Below are positions 40,671 to 53,674 of a stretch of 64,000 bases of DNA, in pieces (position 1 is the stretch's first letter; each line of letters begins with the position of its first letter). The notes below the pieces were generated by a model. That model searched no databases and was not told where the DNA came from. It saw only the letters and a program-made list of their open reading frames with translations. Made by a program: the position numbers and the translations under genes. The stretch is from Octopus sinensis (lineage: Eukaryota), in the NCBI RefSeq assembly GCF_006345805.1, contig NC_043002.1, forward strand, positions 94,550,001-94,614,000. The letters are read 5' to 3'.

Positions 40671-42149
40671 TATAATACGTAAAAATTATTCGGTAGCCAT
40701 GATAAAACTCCGAGTTTCGGATGTCGGGGTGGAAACCCACGCCGGCATCTCTTAAGTTATCGGGCCATCGAAAAAAATTCTATGAAAATGACCGTTAAAC
40801 GAAGGGAAATTACTGTGTGATTGACCGTTATTAGGATAAAAGAGCTATTAGAATGACCGCTAAGTAAGGGGAGGGAGTAAAAGTAAGGGAGTAAAAATGT
40901 TCATAGTAATCGCGTAAGCACGCATATACATACATACACATGCGCGCCTGCACACCGACTTACATATGCCTATATTTATATACTCATCCACCCTCACTTG
41001 AAACGCACACGTGCTCACCCACACATTCGCTAAAAAATATTACATACCCGTATACACGCTCGCACACACACACACACATACACACACACACATACACACA
41101 CACACACACATACACACACACACACACACGCACGCAAAAAAATGTTCATACACACGTCTATATACGCACATGCACAAGGAAAAAACAGGGCTAAAGGCAA
41201 AAATACAGAAAAATGTTTTTAAAAAAGTGTAAAGAAAAAAGCAATAAACGTAAAACGCGTCTAGATACACACATACTTGCATGCACGCACACACATGTCT
41301 ATATACACCCTACACCAACGGCAGTGGAAAGTGAGGTCTTTGTGATATGGAAAGATGGCTCATCTGCAAAAGCAGCTTAGACCCCGCCACATGTCTAAAT
41401 TCAAGAACTGAACTTTTCGGATCCTGTCGATATGTGGCTAAATATTTGTTAGGTTTTTGCTTTCTATATTGTGTCCACGTACAAGCGTTCTATCTCGCTA
41501 TCCTTTTTTCTTATATTACTTATATATTTTTTATATATTTTTTACATATTTATAACGATATTGTTTTATAGTTTTATTGCTCATATATATTTTACGCATA
41601 TTTTTTCTGTATTCTACCTTCCACCCTGCATTTTTCCTGTGGGTATATAGACGTGTATATGGAATTTTTTGTGCGCGCGTGTGGATGTGTGCGTGTGTGC
41701 GGCTATGTGCGTATATAGACGCGTGTGTGTGTGCGTGCATGCGAGTATGTGCGTATATAGACGTGTGTATGAACATTTTTTGTGCGCGCGTGTGTGTGTG
41801 CGAGTGTGTATGCGGGTATGTATATATTTTTTGGCGAATGTGTAGGTGACCAAGTGTGTGTTTCAAGTGAGGGTAGATGAGTATATACATATAGGAGCAT
41901 GTACGTCGGTGTGCGGGCGCGCATGTGTATGTATGGACATGCGCGCTTACTATGAACATTTTTACTCCCTTACCTTTACTCCCTCCCTTTACTTAGCGGT
42001 CATTCTAATAGCTCTTTTGTCTTAATAACGGTCAATCACACAGTAATATCCCTTTGTTTAACAGTCATTTTCATAGCATCTTTTTCGATGGCCCGACATC
42101 CGAAACTCGGTGTTTTATCATGGCTACCGAATAGTTGTCACAAATTATA
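40671..42149. mobile_element. ~1.5-kb foldback element with ~580-bp imperfect TIRs
   Basis: 40671-~41250 is the reverse complement of ~41570-42149; the same terminus recurs at 52981-53065 next to (TA)n. Confidence 0.85.
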
Positions 42150-42160
42150 TATACATGCGG

Positions 42161-42211
<51 letters not shown>

Positions 42212-42542
42212 TTATTATTACTATTATTATTATTTCAATTACTATTACTATACTACTACTACTACTCCTAATACTACAATTATTATTATAATTATTATTA
42301 TTATATTATTATTATTATATTATCAATAACATTATCATTATCATTATCATTATTATCATTATTATTATTATTATAATTATTACTATTACTATTACTATCA
42401 CTATTACTATTACTATTACTATTACTATTAATATTACTATTACTACTACTAATACTACTAGAACTACTACTACTACTAACACTACTATTATTAATATTAT
42501 TATTATTATTGATATTATCTTCATTAATAATAATAATAATAA

Positions 42543-42601
<59 letters not shown>

Positions 42602-42625
42602 ATAATAATAATAATAATAATATTT

Positions 42626-43183
42626 TGCCCCTGATGCAGTACCAGGCAGTGGCTCTCATGGCTTCTGATCTTACTGATTGGAAGTGTTTCATGTACATTG
42701 TTTTGTCTTGGTATAAAAGATGGGCTACAAGCAAATATTCTTTCTGCTCAATACCACAGATTTGCTTCTCAGTTGTTTGACCTTAACCATTTGAGCATGT
42801 CCCTTAGTGGCTGACGATATGTGCGCTATCTCTGATCACGAGCAGAAGTAGTGGGGGAGCATCATAGCCATGTGTTGAGAGGGATTCTTTGGGGTTTGAA
42901 TAGTTCCCTCTGGAAACATGGTGGTCTTCAACATCCTTAAAAACACCCTTATTCAGGGACCGTTTGAGCGGGATGGGCTACTCACCTGAAGAAAATTCTA
43001 CTGGGCCCCACCTGCAAGGTCAAGGTGCTGTTTATCTTGATATGAGATCACATGTCGCGCACATATGGTTGTGATGCATGTGCCTGGTGTACCTTTATTC
43101 AGACGGGTAGTCATGATGGGTTATATTGGGCTTCGTATATTTAACCCCAGTGTCACTTTGATGGCATGAACTGCTCTCTCCTC
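42626..43183 (+). mobile_element. Full copy of (TAA)n-flanked ~550-bp repeat
   Basis: (AAT)n|tgcccctgatgcagtaccagg...ctgctctctcctc|aataat. Confidence 0.88.
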
Positions 43184-43457
43184 AATAATACTATTAATAA
43201 TAATATTAATAATAATAATAATAATAATAAAAATAGTAGTAGTTGTAGGTAGTAGTAGTAGTAGTAGTAGCAGTAGTAGTAGTAGAGTAGTAGTAGTAGT
43301 AATAGTAATTGTAATGGTAATAGTAATAAGAATCATAAATAATATAAGATAAATAATAATACTATACTTATAATGAATAGTAGTATTATAGTAGTAGTAA
43401 TAGGTAGTAGTAGTAGTGTAGTAGTAGTAGTAGCAGCAGTTGTAGTAGTAGTAGCAA

Positions 43458-43493
<36 letters not shown>

Positions 43494-43624
43494 GAGTAGG
43501 TGTAGTAGTAGTAGTAATAGTAAGAGTAAGAGTAATAATAATAATGATAATGTTAATGATAATGATAATGATAATGATATGATAATTATAAAATATAATA
43601 ATAATGATAATGATTAATTATATT

Positions 43625-43691
<67 letters not shown>

Positions 43692-43780
43692 GTAAGTAGT
43701 AGTAGATAGTAGTTAGAGTAGTAGTAGTAGTAGTAGTATAGTAGAGTAGTAGTAATAATAATAATAATAATAATAATATT

Positions 43781-44332
43781 TGCCCTGATGCAGTACCAGG
43801 CAGTGGCTCTCATGGCTTCTGATCTTAACTGATTGGAAGTGTTATCATGTACATTGTTTTGTCTTGGTATAAAAGATGGGCTACAGCAAATATTCTGCTC
43901 AATACCACAGATTTGCTTCTCAGTTGTTTGACCTTAACCAGTTGAGCATGTCCCTTAGTGGCTGACGATATGTGCATCTTGATCACGAGCAGAAGTAGTG
44001 GAGATATCATAGCCATGTGTTGAGAGGGATTCTTTGGGGTTTGAATAGTTCACCTCTGGAAACATGGGTGGTTCTTTCAACATCCTTAAACAACCCTTAT
44101 TCAGGGACCGTTTGAGCGGGATGGGCTACTCAACCTGAAGAAAATTCTAACTGGGCCCCACCTGCAAGGTCATGTGCTGTTTATCTTGATATGAGATCAC
44201 CATGTCGCGCACATATGGTTGTGATGCATGTGCCTGGTGTACCTTTATCAGACGGGTAGTCATGATGGGTATATTGGGCTTCGTATATTTTACCCCAGTG
44301 TCACTTTGATGGCATGAACTGCTCTCTCACTC
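43781..44332 (+). mobile_element. Second full copy of (TAA)n-flanked repeat (tandem duplicate)
   Basis: Same sequence 1155 bp downstream, with the same downstream microsatellite pattern. Confidence 0.88.
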
Positions 44333-44419
44333 AATAATAATATTAATAATAATATTAATAATAATAATAATAATAATAAAAATAGTAGTAGTTGTAGTAG
44401 TAGTAGTAGTAGTAGTAGC

Positions 44420-44450
<31 letters not shown>

Positions 44451-44550
44451 ATAGTAATTGTAATGGTAATAGTAATAAGAATCATAATAATAATAATGAT
44501 AATAATAATAATAATAATTATAATGATAGTAGTATTAGTAGTAGTAGTAA

Positions 44551-44583
<33 letters not shown>

Positions 44584-44607
44584 CAGCAGTTGTAGTAGTA
44601 GTAGCAA

Positions 44608-44643
<36 letters not shown>

Positions 44644-44773
44644 GAGTAGGTGTAGTAGTAGTAGTAATAGTAAGAGTAAGAGTAATAATAATAATGATAA
44701 TGTTAATGATAATGATAATGATAATGATAATGATAATTATAATTATAATAATAATGATAATGATAATTATATT

Positions 44774-44834
<61 letters not shown>

Positions 44835-44931
44835 GGTGTACCCTTATCAGACGGGTAGTCATGATGGGTATACTGGGCTTCGTATATTTTACCCCAGTGT
44901 CACTTTGATGGCATGCTCTGCTCGCTCACTC
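44835..44931 (+). mobile_element. Terminal ~97-bp fragment of (TAA)n-flanked repeat
   Basis: ggtgtacccttatcagacggg..ctcactc|aataat with (AAT)n on both sides. Confidence 0.85.
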
Positions 44932-46113
44932 AATAATAATAATAATAATAATGATAATAATAATAATAATAAATTTTTTTTTAAATTAAAAAAATACTGC
45001 GTGCAGAGAGATATAATCACTTATGGAATGATTTTAAATGATCTCTTGATCAGTTGAAACCTGCAGCTATCATTTTTTGACACTGAAACAGGACTTTATA
45101 TGAAACAGTTTCCGTAGCTAATCGTTCAATTAAGGCAAAGGCCATTTATTCAAAGTAACATATGGATAAAAGCCGTATATGTTAAATTAACTTAATGCTA
45201 TTGATTACATTTGTAAGAAAATCTCAACTTTTCTCTGTTACAGACAAGAATTACCGTTCCCTACTAAATCCGTGATGTTGAATTCAGATCTGTGAATTAG
45301 ATTTCCTTATCGTGTCCAGATTTTGTGTAACCAAGTATCACGCTGTTTTCTTCGTTTCTCGGATTTATTGCATCAACAGACTAAGTTGTGATATGCTTTA
45401 TGTTGGTTTGATTTAAATAATATTAAGAGGGTTGCTCTTCAGACACACAGTAATATTTCACCAGCGAACTGGCATTCTGGACACATAATCATTGAAAGAG
45501 CTCTCCTTCTGTTAGAATCAAGCATTATATTCGATTGAAGTTCACATTTCTGCTTTCCACTACAGAGATCTGCTAGTGGAAATTTGTACCATGCTCTTCA
45601 ATTATAGCCCCAAGTTTGGTAAGGAAGAAGTGAAGAATATAAAAAATAAAATTTAAGGAACATCCACCATCGTTTTCTTTCATAATATTTTATCATATTA
45701 CCTGCCAGTTCACAATAGGTTTTAGCTCTATGTATCCATGAAAAATTTTAAACCCTAGCATGACCGCAGTCAGAAGATTGAAACAGCTAAACGATATCAA
45801 CGTTCGATGTATTTTTGTTATTTTTAACAACCAAAGGTATCACCCATTTAATTTGTAACCTCACATTAAACACGGCAATTGCGATGACATATTTCTTTTA
45901 CTTTTCAGTCAAACTGCTAAGACAGCATTGCACTGTGCACAACAAATATGTGGTGTTCAGTTCATCTTGTTTCTTACTTACAACGAAAACTGTACTTCTA
46001 GGCAAATTTTATTCCTAATAATTTCGATGTTTCTTTAATTATTCTTGCGTGTATATTGCCTATAGACATTTTTTTGTTGAACGACATCAAATAGACAAGC
46101 AGGTTTAATAAAA

Positions 46114-46492
46114 TCTCTCTCTATATAACGGCAGTTTGTCTGTGCGTGTTTCTGTGTGTCTGTTTTCTCGTACCCCACCCTGACCAGGCTTTAACCGATT
46201 CTGATGAAACTGACACACCATAGCCCAATGTCATAATTCAAAACTAACGCAGCGAAAATTTTGAAAAGTTCCCCCAGTTCTGAAAAAAATCGATAAATTC
46301 GACATGGGGTCGAGAAAAAAAAAAAACAACCACAGACTGTCTAGGGGAACGCAACTCAACCTTTTATTACTCTCAAAAAAAAAATTTACCATCATTTTTT
46401 TTCCATTTTTTGCTATTTTTTGGCTATAACTCTCTAAAAATGCTTTTAGTTATTTCCCTTACAAACTGAGCAACGCCGGGCGATACTGCTAG
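46114..46492 (+). mobile_element. Non-autonomous Helitron
   Basis: A|TC start, subterminal GC hairpin (cgccgggcg) and CTAG|T end. Confidence 0.75.
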
Positions 46493-47679
46493 TTAATTAT
46501 AACTCTAGATGCAAATTACAATCTCCTCCTCACTACGCCCTTAGATTATTTCTACAAGTGGATCTTAGGAGATTTAAGCATGCATAGCGATAACGTTTTA
46601 GTTATTTCTAGCAAAATAAACGGGCATAAATATAGCGAAAAAACTTATTTAGTATCTTTAAAGAAAGAGCGCTTATTATCATAGTAACTAATAATGGGAC
46701 AGTCAACTTCTTCCATAATATGTTAAATCTCAACACAACTAAACACTAACGGTAGGAAACAAAACTGAAAACTCATTCACACCATCAAAAGATACAACCT
46801 TCCTACCACCAAAATATTTCCATCTGAAAGAAGTTTTTTTTTTTTTTTGCAGCCCTAATTCGCCCGCAGACTGGGAACGAGAAACTTCGAGTTGTGACTT
46901 GCGTAGGATCAGCATTGAATTGATGTTTTCCACTCCACCTAAGAATATTCAGTACTTCGTTCTATAAATTGCAACTTAATAATGCCACAAACTGACTGAA
47001 AGCGTGTCTCTAGACTGATTCTACGTGCAGAAAGCCTAAAGTACAATTGATGAGAGCCTGACTATAATTTACATAAACATTTTTACTCTCTGGATTTGAA
47101 GACTCTTCTCTCAATTTGTTACCACTAACGTAACACACACACACACACACATGCAATTTACCCACAACCATGAATGTTTTCTTTTTCTTTGTATCTAAGT
47201 AAGCGATCTGCAAGAAATAAGTTGCAACAAGTGGTGTGCTGATGACGTTTATTGAAGCAAACCACGTAGATACAGTTGTCCTCTTGATCTCAATCAGAGG
47301 CTCCTTTTCTTTCGGGGAATTCGTGATAAATGAAATTATCTCTTCCTTTCATTTGGAATAAGTGTTAAATTCCACAAGGAACTTGTTTACTCTTCCCCCG
47401 AAGGGAAAATAATTCCATTTAGTCAGGAAGTACTCTTCAGTATGATTTTTGTTATACCATTGTCTTCATGTACATATTCTTTTACTCTTTTGCTGCAGCA
47501 CCGCCTTTATTCTAATAAATCAACCCCAGGACATAGTCTTTGTAAGCCCAGTACTTATTCTATCGGTCTCTTTAGCCGAACTGCTAAGTGACGGAAACGT
47601 AAACACACCAACATCGGTTGTCAAGCGATGGTGTGGTGAGAAACACAGACACAAACAACAAACACATACATACGTATAT

Positions 47680-47911
47680 ATACATATATATATATATGTA
47701 TATATATACGTATGTATATATATATATATGTATGTATACAAACAACAAACACATACATAGATATATATATATACATATATATATATATACGCACACATAT
47801 ATACATACACACACACATATATATATACACACACACACACATATATATATATACAGACACATACATACATACATACACACATATATATATATACATACAC
47901 ACACACACACA

Positions 47912-47943
<32 letters not shown>

Positions 47944-48034
47944 CATACACACACACATATATATATATATAAACATACATACATATATATATACATACAT
48001 ACACACACATATATATATACATACATATATATAT

Positions 48035-48085
<51 letters not shown>

Positions 48086-48558
48086 CACATACATACATAT
48101 ATATATACATACATACATATATATATATATACATACATAGATACCTATATATTATACATACATACATACACTATATATATATATATACATACATACATAT
48201 ATATTATATATATACATACATACATATATATATATATACGTACAACATACATACATAAATATATATATTATACTACATACATATATAATATATATATATA
48301 CATACATATATATATACATACATACATACATATATATATTATATATAATACATACATATATATATATACATACATATCTATAATATATATATATATATAT
48401 ATACATACATATATATATACATATATATATATATATACATACATATTAATATACATACATATATATATATACATATATATATATATACATACATACATAC
48501 ATATATATATACATACATACACACATACATACATACATACATATATATATATATATAC
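47680..48558. repeat. ~880-bp (TA)/(CA)/(TACA) microsatellite
   Basis: Direct reading; source of the 366-aa pseudo-ORF. Confidence 0.92.
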
Positions 48559-48733
48559 GTTTAAATATTTGTTGTGCAAGATTTTTTATGTGAAGTCGTG
48601 TGTTGAAACAGATATTGTTATATTTCGGAATGGTCATATTGCCAGTTTAGCCAATAAAAACACACGCACTATATATTTGGTGTTATTTTGCTTCAGTGAT
48701 ATTTATTTTTTACATTAATCTTAATCTTATTTC

Positions 48734-48778
48734 GGCCAAAGTTCTTTCGTCACACTCCTGTGACCGCATCAGTGGTCC
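48734..48778 (-). ncRNA. Variant hammerhead in the inverted pseudo-LTR
   Basis: Reverse complement of 51172-51216. Confidence 0.5.
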
Positions 48779-48908
48779 TTTGTTTTCTTCTCACTTACTT
48801 GTGTCTCTCCTTACTAACCGTCAGCCATTTTGTATTTCTATTGTATGTCTTCATTTGCGCATGCTTATATCTCTATGTGCGTCTATGTTTATTTAGTGTG
48901 TTGGGGGG

Positions 48909-50652
48909 ATGTCACCTGATGTGTGTGACAGCACAGAAGATCTCCTAAGCAGGATCAGTGACTGTAACAAAACTTGTGACTTGACAGGATGTATAGTAGG
49001 TAGCATGGATGTGGTATCCCTATACCCATCGATTGACGTAGATTTTGCAGTGGGGAAGTGCGTGGAGATGATCAACGAGAGCCAGGTGGAGTTCTGTAAT
49101 GTCGACACAGAAGAACTGGGCCTCCTACTTAGACTGACATATAATAGTGAATACTTAGATAAACATAATCTTAGTAGTTCTGCCCCAGTAGATGTTTAAG
49201 AGGTAGACCGCCTACAATTACTTCTATGGCTAGGAAGACACAATATAGAAAGTGGCGCGGATGGACCAGAGCCATACGGAGCCCCGCAAATGTCCATCAG
49301 GTAAAGAAAATGATCGCACATGCACTAGGAGCTAGTATAAGAGTTACCCAAAGGCCACAATTTAAATTTAATAATAAAATATATGCCCAGGACGAGGGGG
49401 CAGCCATCGGTGTTAGTATCGCTGGTGATGTGGCCAACCTCTTCATGGTATGGTGGGACAGAAGGCTTAAAGAATGCCTACTGCAGAAATCCATACTCGT
49501 AAACATGTACTCTCGCTATGTTGATGATATCAATATAGTAGTAAAGGCACCCCCACAAGAGAGTACTGTTGATATAGTAATAGAAACTAATACTATGGAG
49601 AGCATCCAGCAAATAGCTAACTCCATCCACCAGAGTATTAAGGTCGCAATAGACTACCCCACTAAACACCCCAACCATAGACTACCAGTACTAGACACTG
49701 AACTCTGGCTAGAAATTGTGAAAAATAAAACCCAAATCCTTCATTCATACTATGCAAAACCTATGGCCTCAAAATACCTGATCCACCGGAACTCAGCCAT
49801 TGCGGGCAATGCCAAATTCAATATTTTGATGGCAGACCTCGTCAGAATAATGAGAAATGTGTCACGCATGTGCGAGCCTACAGAATTAAAGAGACACATA
49901 CAGTATTTCATTCACCGCGTGCAGTTCTCAGGTTACAGCCATAAAGAAAGGATCAGAGTATACAAAGGAGCCATGAAGAAATTGATAATATATTATGTAA
50001 TGATAGGAATGGGATTTGCCCACTCTATAGGAACAAGTCATGGAACACTATAGAAAGGACAAAAAAGAAAATAGGGAAGGCCAACTCTTGGTATGATAGC
50101 CATAAATACCAGAGTGTCATGTTCGTTGACACCACCCCTGGAGGTGAACTAGCGTACCGCTTTAGAAGGACCCTAGATAAACTTAAACTAAGAATTAAGG
50201 TTGTTGAAAAGCCAGGCAACCCTATCAGATCTATAATTGGTAGAAGCTATCCTTTTAGTAGAACTCTCTGTACGGATAACTATTGCACTGTATGTAGATT
50301 TAGCCCACAAACGAACTATAAAGCCAGAAATGTGGTCTATAGTATAAGATGTATAGAGGGACGATGCAGTAACAAGACAGTAACATACGTAGGGGAAACT
50401 GCAAGAAGCATTGGTGAGCGGGTGAATGAACATTGGAGACAACTCAAGGAAGGTAAAAGCTCATCGATTCTGTACCAACACGCCGAACAAGAACACGGGG
50501 GATCAATCAATAACATAGAGATTAAGATATTGTCCACACATAGAACAGATGCAACAATTAGACAAATTACAGAAGCTACACATATAATAGAAAATAAACC
50601 TAGCCTGAATAGAAAACTAGAATGGAGCAATAGCGCACACCACAACATATGA
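48909..50652 (+). pseudogene. PLE polyprotein (RT + C-terminal GIY-YIG), 5'-truncated, two frameshifts
   Basis: SMDVVSLYPSID, GAAIGVSIAGDVANLFM, YSRYVDD, NVVYSIRC..YVGETARSIGERVNEH..PSLNRK; frame changes near 49180 and 49990. Confidence 0.92.
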
Positions 50653-51171
50653 CAATAGTGGATCCTGCAAACATAATAACTACACAGGTATTAAAGAAAT
50701 AGAAATGAATATCTATATGTGTATGTATGTGTGTATATATGTATGTATATGTATATGTATATGTATGTATATATATATATATGTATATGTTAATTTCTTG
50801 TTAAGTTTTCCTTATTAAGTAGTTGTCCTTAATTGCTATATATGTATATGTATATTTTTTTTTTCGATTAGATTTATTATTATTATTACTAATATTGTTG
50901 TTATACATACATACAGCATATGTATGATAATAATGGGTGGATGTAAACACATGAACAAAATTAGAACAAAAGCAACAACAACAAAAACAAAATACAAATT
51001 ACAAGAATGTATAAACCAGAAGATACAAATATTACAGGCATCCCCGCCCCCACACACTAAATAAACATAGACGCACATAGAGATATAGCATGCGCAAATG
51101 AAGACATACAATAGAAATACAAAATGGCTGACGGTTAGTAAGGAGAGACACAAGTAAGTGAGAAGAACAAA

Positions 51172-51216
51172 GGACCACTGATGCGGTCACAGGAGTGTGA
51201 CGAAAGAACTTTGGCC
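51172..51216 (+). ncRNA. Variant hammerhead (CTGATGC-G core, CUU triplet) in the PLE 3' pseudo-LTR
   Basis: ggacca-CTGATGCG-GTCAC(aggagt)GTGAC-GAAA-GAAC-TT-tggcc. Confidence 0.55.
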
Positions 51217-51430
51217 GAAATAAGATTAAGATTAATGTAAAAAATAAATATCACTGAAGCAAAATAACACCAAATATATAGTGCGTGTGTTTTTATTGGC
51301 TAAACTGGCAATATGACCATTCCGAATATAACAATATATATACATACATACATACATACATACATACATACATACTACATACATACATACATACATATCT
51401 ATATATATATATATATATTATATATATATA

Positions 51431-51471
<41 letters not shown>

Positions 51472-51535
51472 TCAGGGTGAGTACTTGATAATGTAAGCAC
51501 CTCTATATACCGTTTGGTGGTGTAGGTGGTGGAGT

Positions 51536-52796
51536 AAATTGATCAAAATAAAAACATGATGCCAAGGATTCAGCGGTACATATGTTTCGGGCCTTTATTA
51601 GACGGATTTATAACAATGCATAATGTGTGTCTGTGGCCTTCTTCAGCCGCGCACAACTACTACCTCAAGGACATGTATTACATCAAAAATTGTACGTTGG
51701 GGATGCAAATCCTCTCATTCGCGTACGACATAATGCGGCAACAGCATAAAAATGAAGCGTCCATCTCGTCCTTCTCTCAATGTAGAATGAGGAAGTTTGG
51801 ATGTTGAGGTAATATAAATAAATGAATAAATAAATATATGCATTTATAAATATAGACAGACGTGAAGGAACCTGGTAATAAGAGCAAATAGAGATAAAGA
51901 TGGAGGGGCGAGAATTCAGACGAAGGATAAAAAAATATATAAAAAGGGTAAGTTAAAAAAAAAAAAAAAAATGTAGAGTATAAAGATATAAAGAGATATA
52001 AAAAATATAAAAAAATATTAATGAATATAAAGGTATAAAGTTATAAAGTTATAAAAAAGTAAAAAAATTAAAAATAAAAAAATTAAAAAATAAAAAATAA
52101 AAAAGGTTAAAAAAGGTTAAAAAAATTATCAGAAGTATAAAGGGTATAAGAGCGTAGATAAGTAAAAGAATATAAGGATAAGGGATATATAGTAGTTACG
52201 GACCAAACATGGTGGTCAGGAAAATGACAAATTCTGGTTGTAGAAGCCTTGGGTGTCATAAATCAACCGGGGCGTCTGGGGACCTAGTGTATTGTAAATT
52301 AGAGTTGTTGAGCCGCTATCTAGTTCTTCGTAACGTATTAAGTGGTCATCATGTACATACGTACCCGCATGGATACATACACCCATATACACGCGCACAT
52401 ATACGCACGCGACGCAACTACACGCATACAAGCATACATACGTACTCTCGTGTAAACATATACAGATATATATGGAAAAAGGCGCATGTAGTTGGGTACA
52501 CGAACCGACGCGCACACGTACGTACATACATACACTCACATGCGTTCATATAGGCACACTCGCACTTACACACATTTACAAGACGAAGTGAATCTCTATG
52601 CGTGTGGGCAGGAATATGTATACACCTGCACTCGCGTCCACCCCCACGCGCATGGGGGAGTAGATCCCTATGCATATACACAAAGGTATGCATATGCACA
52701 GACACACATTATGCATTGTTATAAATCCGTCTAATAAAGGCCCGAAACATATGTACCGCTGAATCCTTGGCATCATGTTTTTATTTTGATTAATTT
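51536..52796 (-). mobile_element. Non-coding or decayed PLE derivative with ~100-bp inverted partial pseudo-LTR
   Basis: 51536-51635 is inverted at 52697-52796; HHR on the minus strand; weak TLIYNTLG motif resembling a GIY-YIG C-terminus. Confidence 0.7.
51573..51650 (-). ncRNA. Type I hammerhead ribozyme
   Basis: gcgg-CTGAAGA-A-GGCC..GGCC-C-GAAA-CATATG-TA-ccgc; palindromic stem III ACATATGT and GUA triplet. Confidence 0.8.
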
Positions 52797-53066
52797 ATAT
52801 ATATATATATATATATACATACATACATATGTTAAATAATTGTAAACTGTAACCCTCACCTTTTGGGAGAAGGAGCTTTGGTTATTGTTTAAAAATAGAA
52901 TTGTGTCCCTGTTTGGGGAAATTGACAATATTTTCACCGTTTATACGCTCACTGTGGTCTCGTAGCCGTGGACAGTGAGCCCATTTTCATAGCATCTTTT
53001 TCGATGGCCCGACATCCGAAACTCGCTGTTTTATCATGGCTACCGAATAGTTGTCACAAATTATAT

Positions 53067-53111
<45 letters not shown>

Positions 53112-53377
53112 ATAGAAAAATGATAAATAAAACTTATGCATATATACATACATATATGTACATACCTACATCAATATATGTATATATACATGCATAATGA
53201 GTACAGGACACCAACAAAGCGTCGAACACAATGAGAAACGAAAACATAAAAACAAAACCATATATATGCATATGTACATATACACATATATACATGTATA
53301 TATATGTATATATCTATATTCCATGTATATATATATAATATATATATATATATATAAATATCTATATATATATTATA

Positions 53378-53418
<41 letters not shown>

Positions 53419-53516
53419 CAATATAGGGTGGCAAAAAAATTTTGTAGAATTTTTTTGTCACCAGCGGCCTAGTGGGAAAAAATTAAATAGTCATAGACCA
53501 TTTATAAGTTCAACAT

Positions 53517-53674
53517 CACAATCAAGGAACGGCCATAATAGGCCATTCACCCACTAGAAATAACAGCCAAAGCTTCAACCGCAAAATAACATTAATTCCG
53601 CAAATTCTGCGGTTGAAGCTTTGGCTGTTATTTCTAGTGGGTGAATGGCCTATTATGGCCGTTCCTTGATTGTG
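53517..53674. repeat. Perfect 67-bp inverted repeat with 24-bp spacer
   Basis: cacaatcaaggaacggcc...caaccgca / tgcggttg...ccttgattgtg, next to (TA)n. Confidence 0.92.

Larger units (their letters stand above)
48612..51337 (+). mobile_element. 5'-truncated Penelope-like retroelement with ~300-bp inverted pseudo-LTRs
   Basis: 48612-48911 is the reverse complement of 51039-51337; RT + GIY-YIG coding lies between; microsatellites flank both sides. Confidence 0.93.

Noticed and set aside
42626-42720. HDV-like ribozyme at the start of the TAA-flanked element
   Set aside because: Two hairpins are visible, but I could not fit the nested double pseudoknot (L3, P1.1, J4/2 C) by eye; a descriptor search is needed.
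47230-47445. Two HHR-like fragments (CTGATGA at ~47238 on plus; CTGAAGA at ~47434 on minus)
   Set aside because: GAAA is absent in both and stem I does not pair.
47618-48718. 366-aa ORF, and similar long I/Y/H/T, V/C, poly-L, poly-D and poly-W ORFs elsewhere
   Set aside because: Stop-free translations of di-, tri- and tetranucleotide microsatellites; no domain content.
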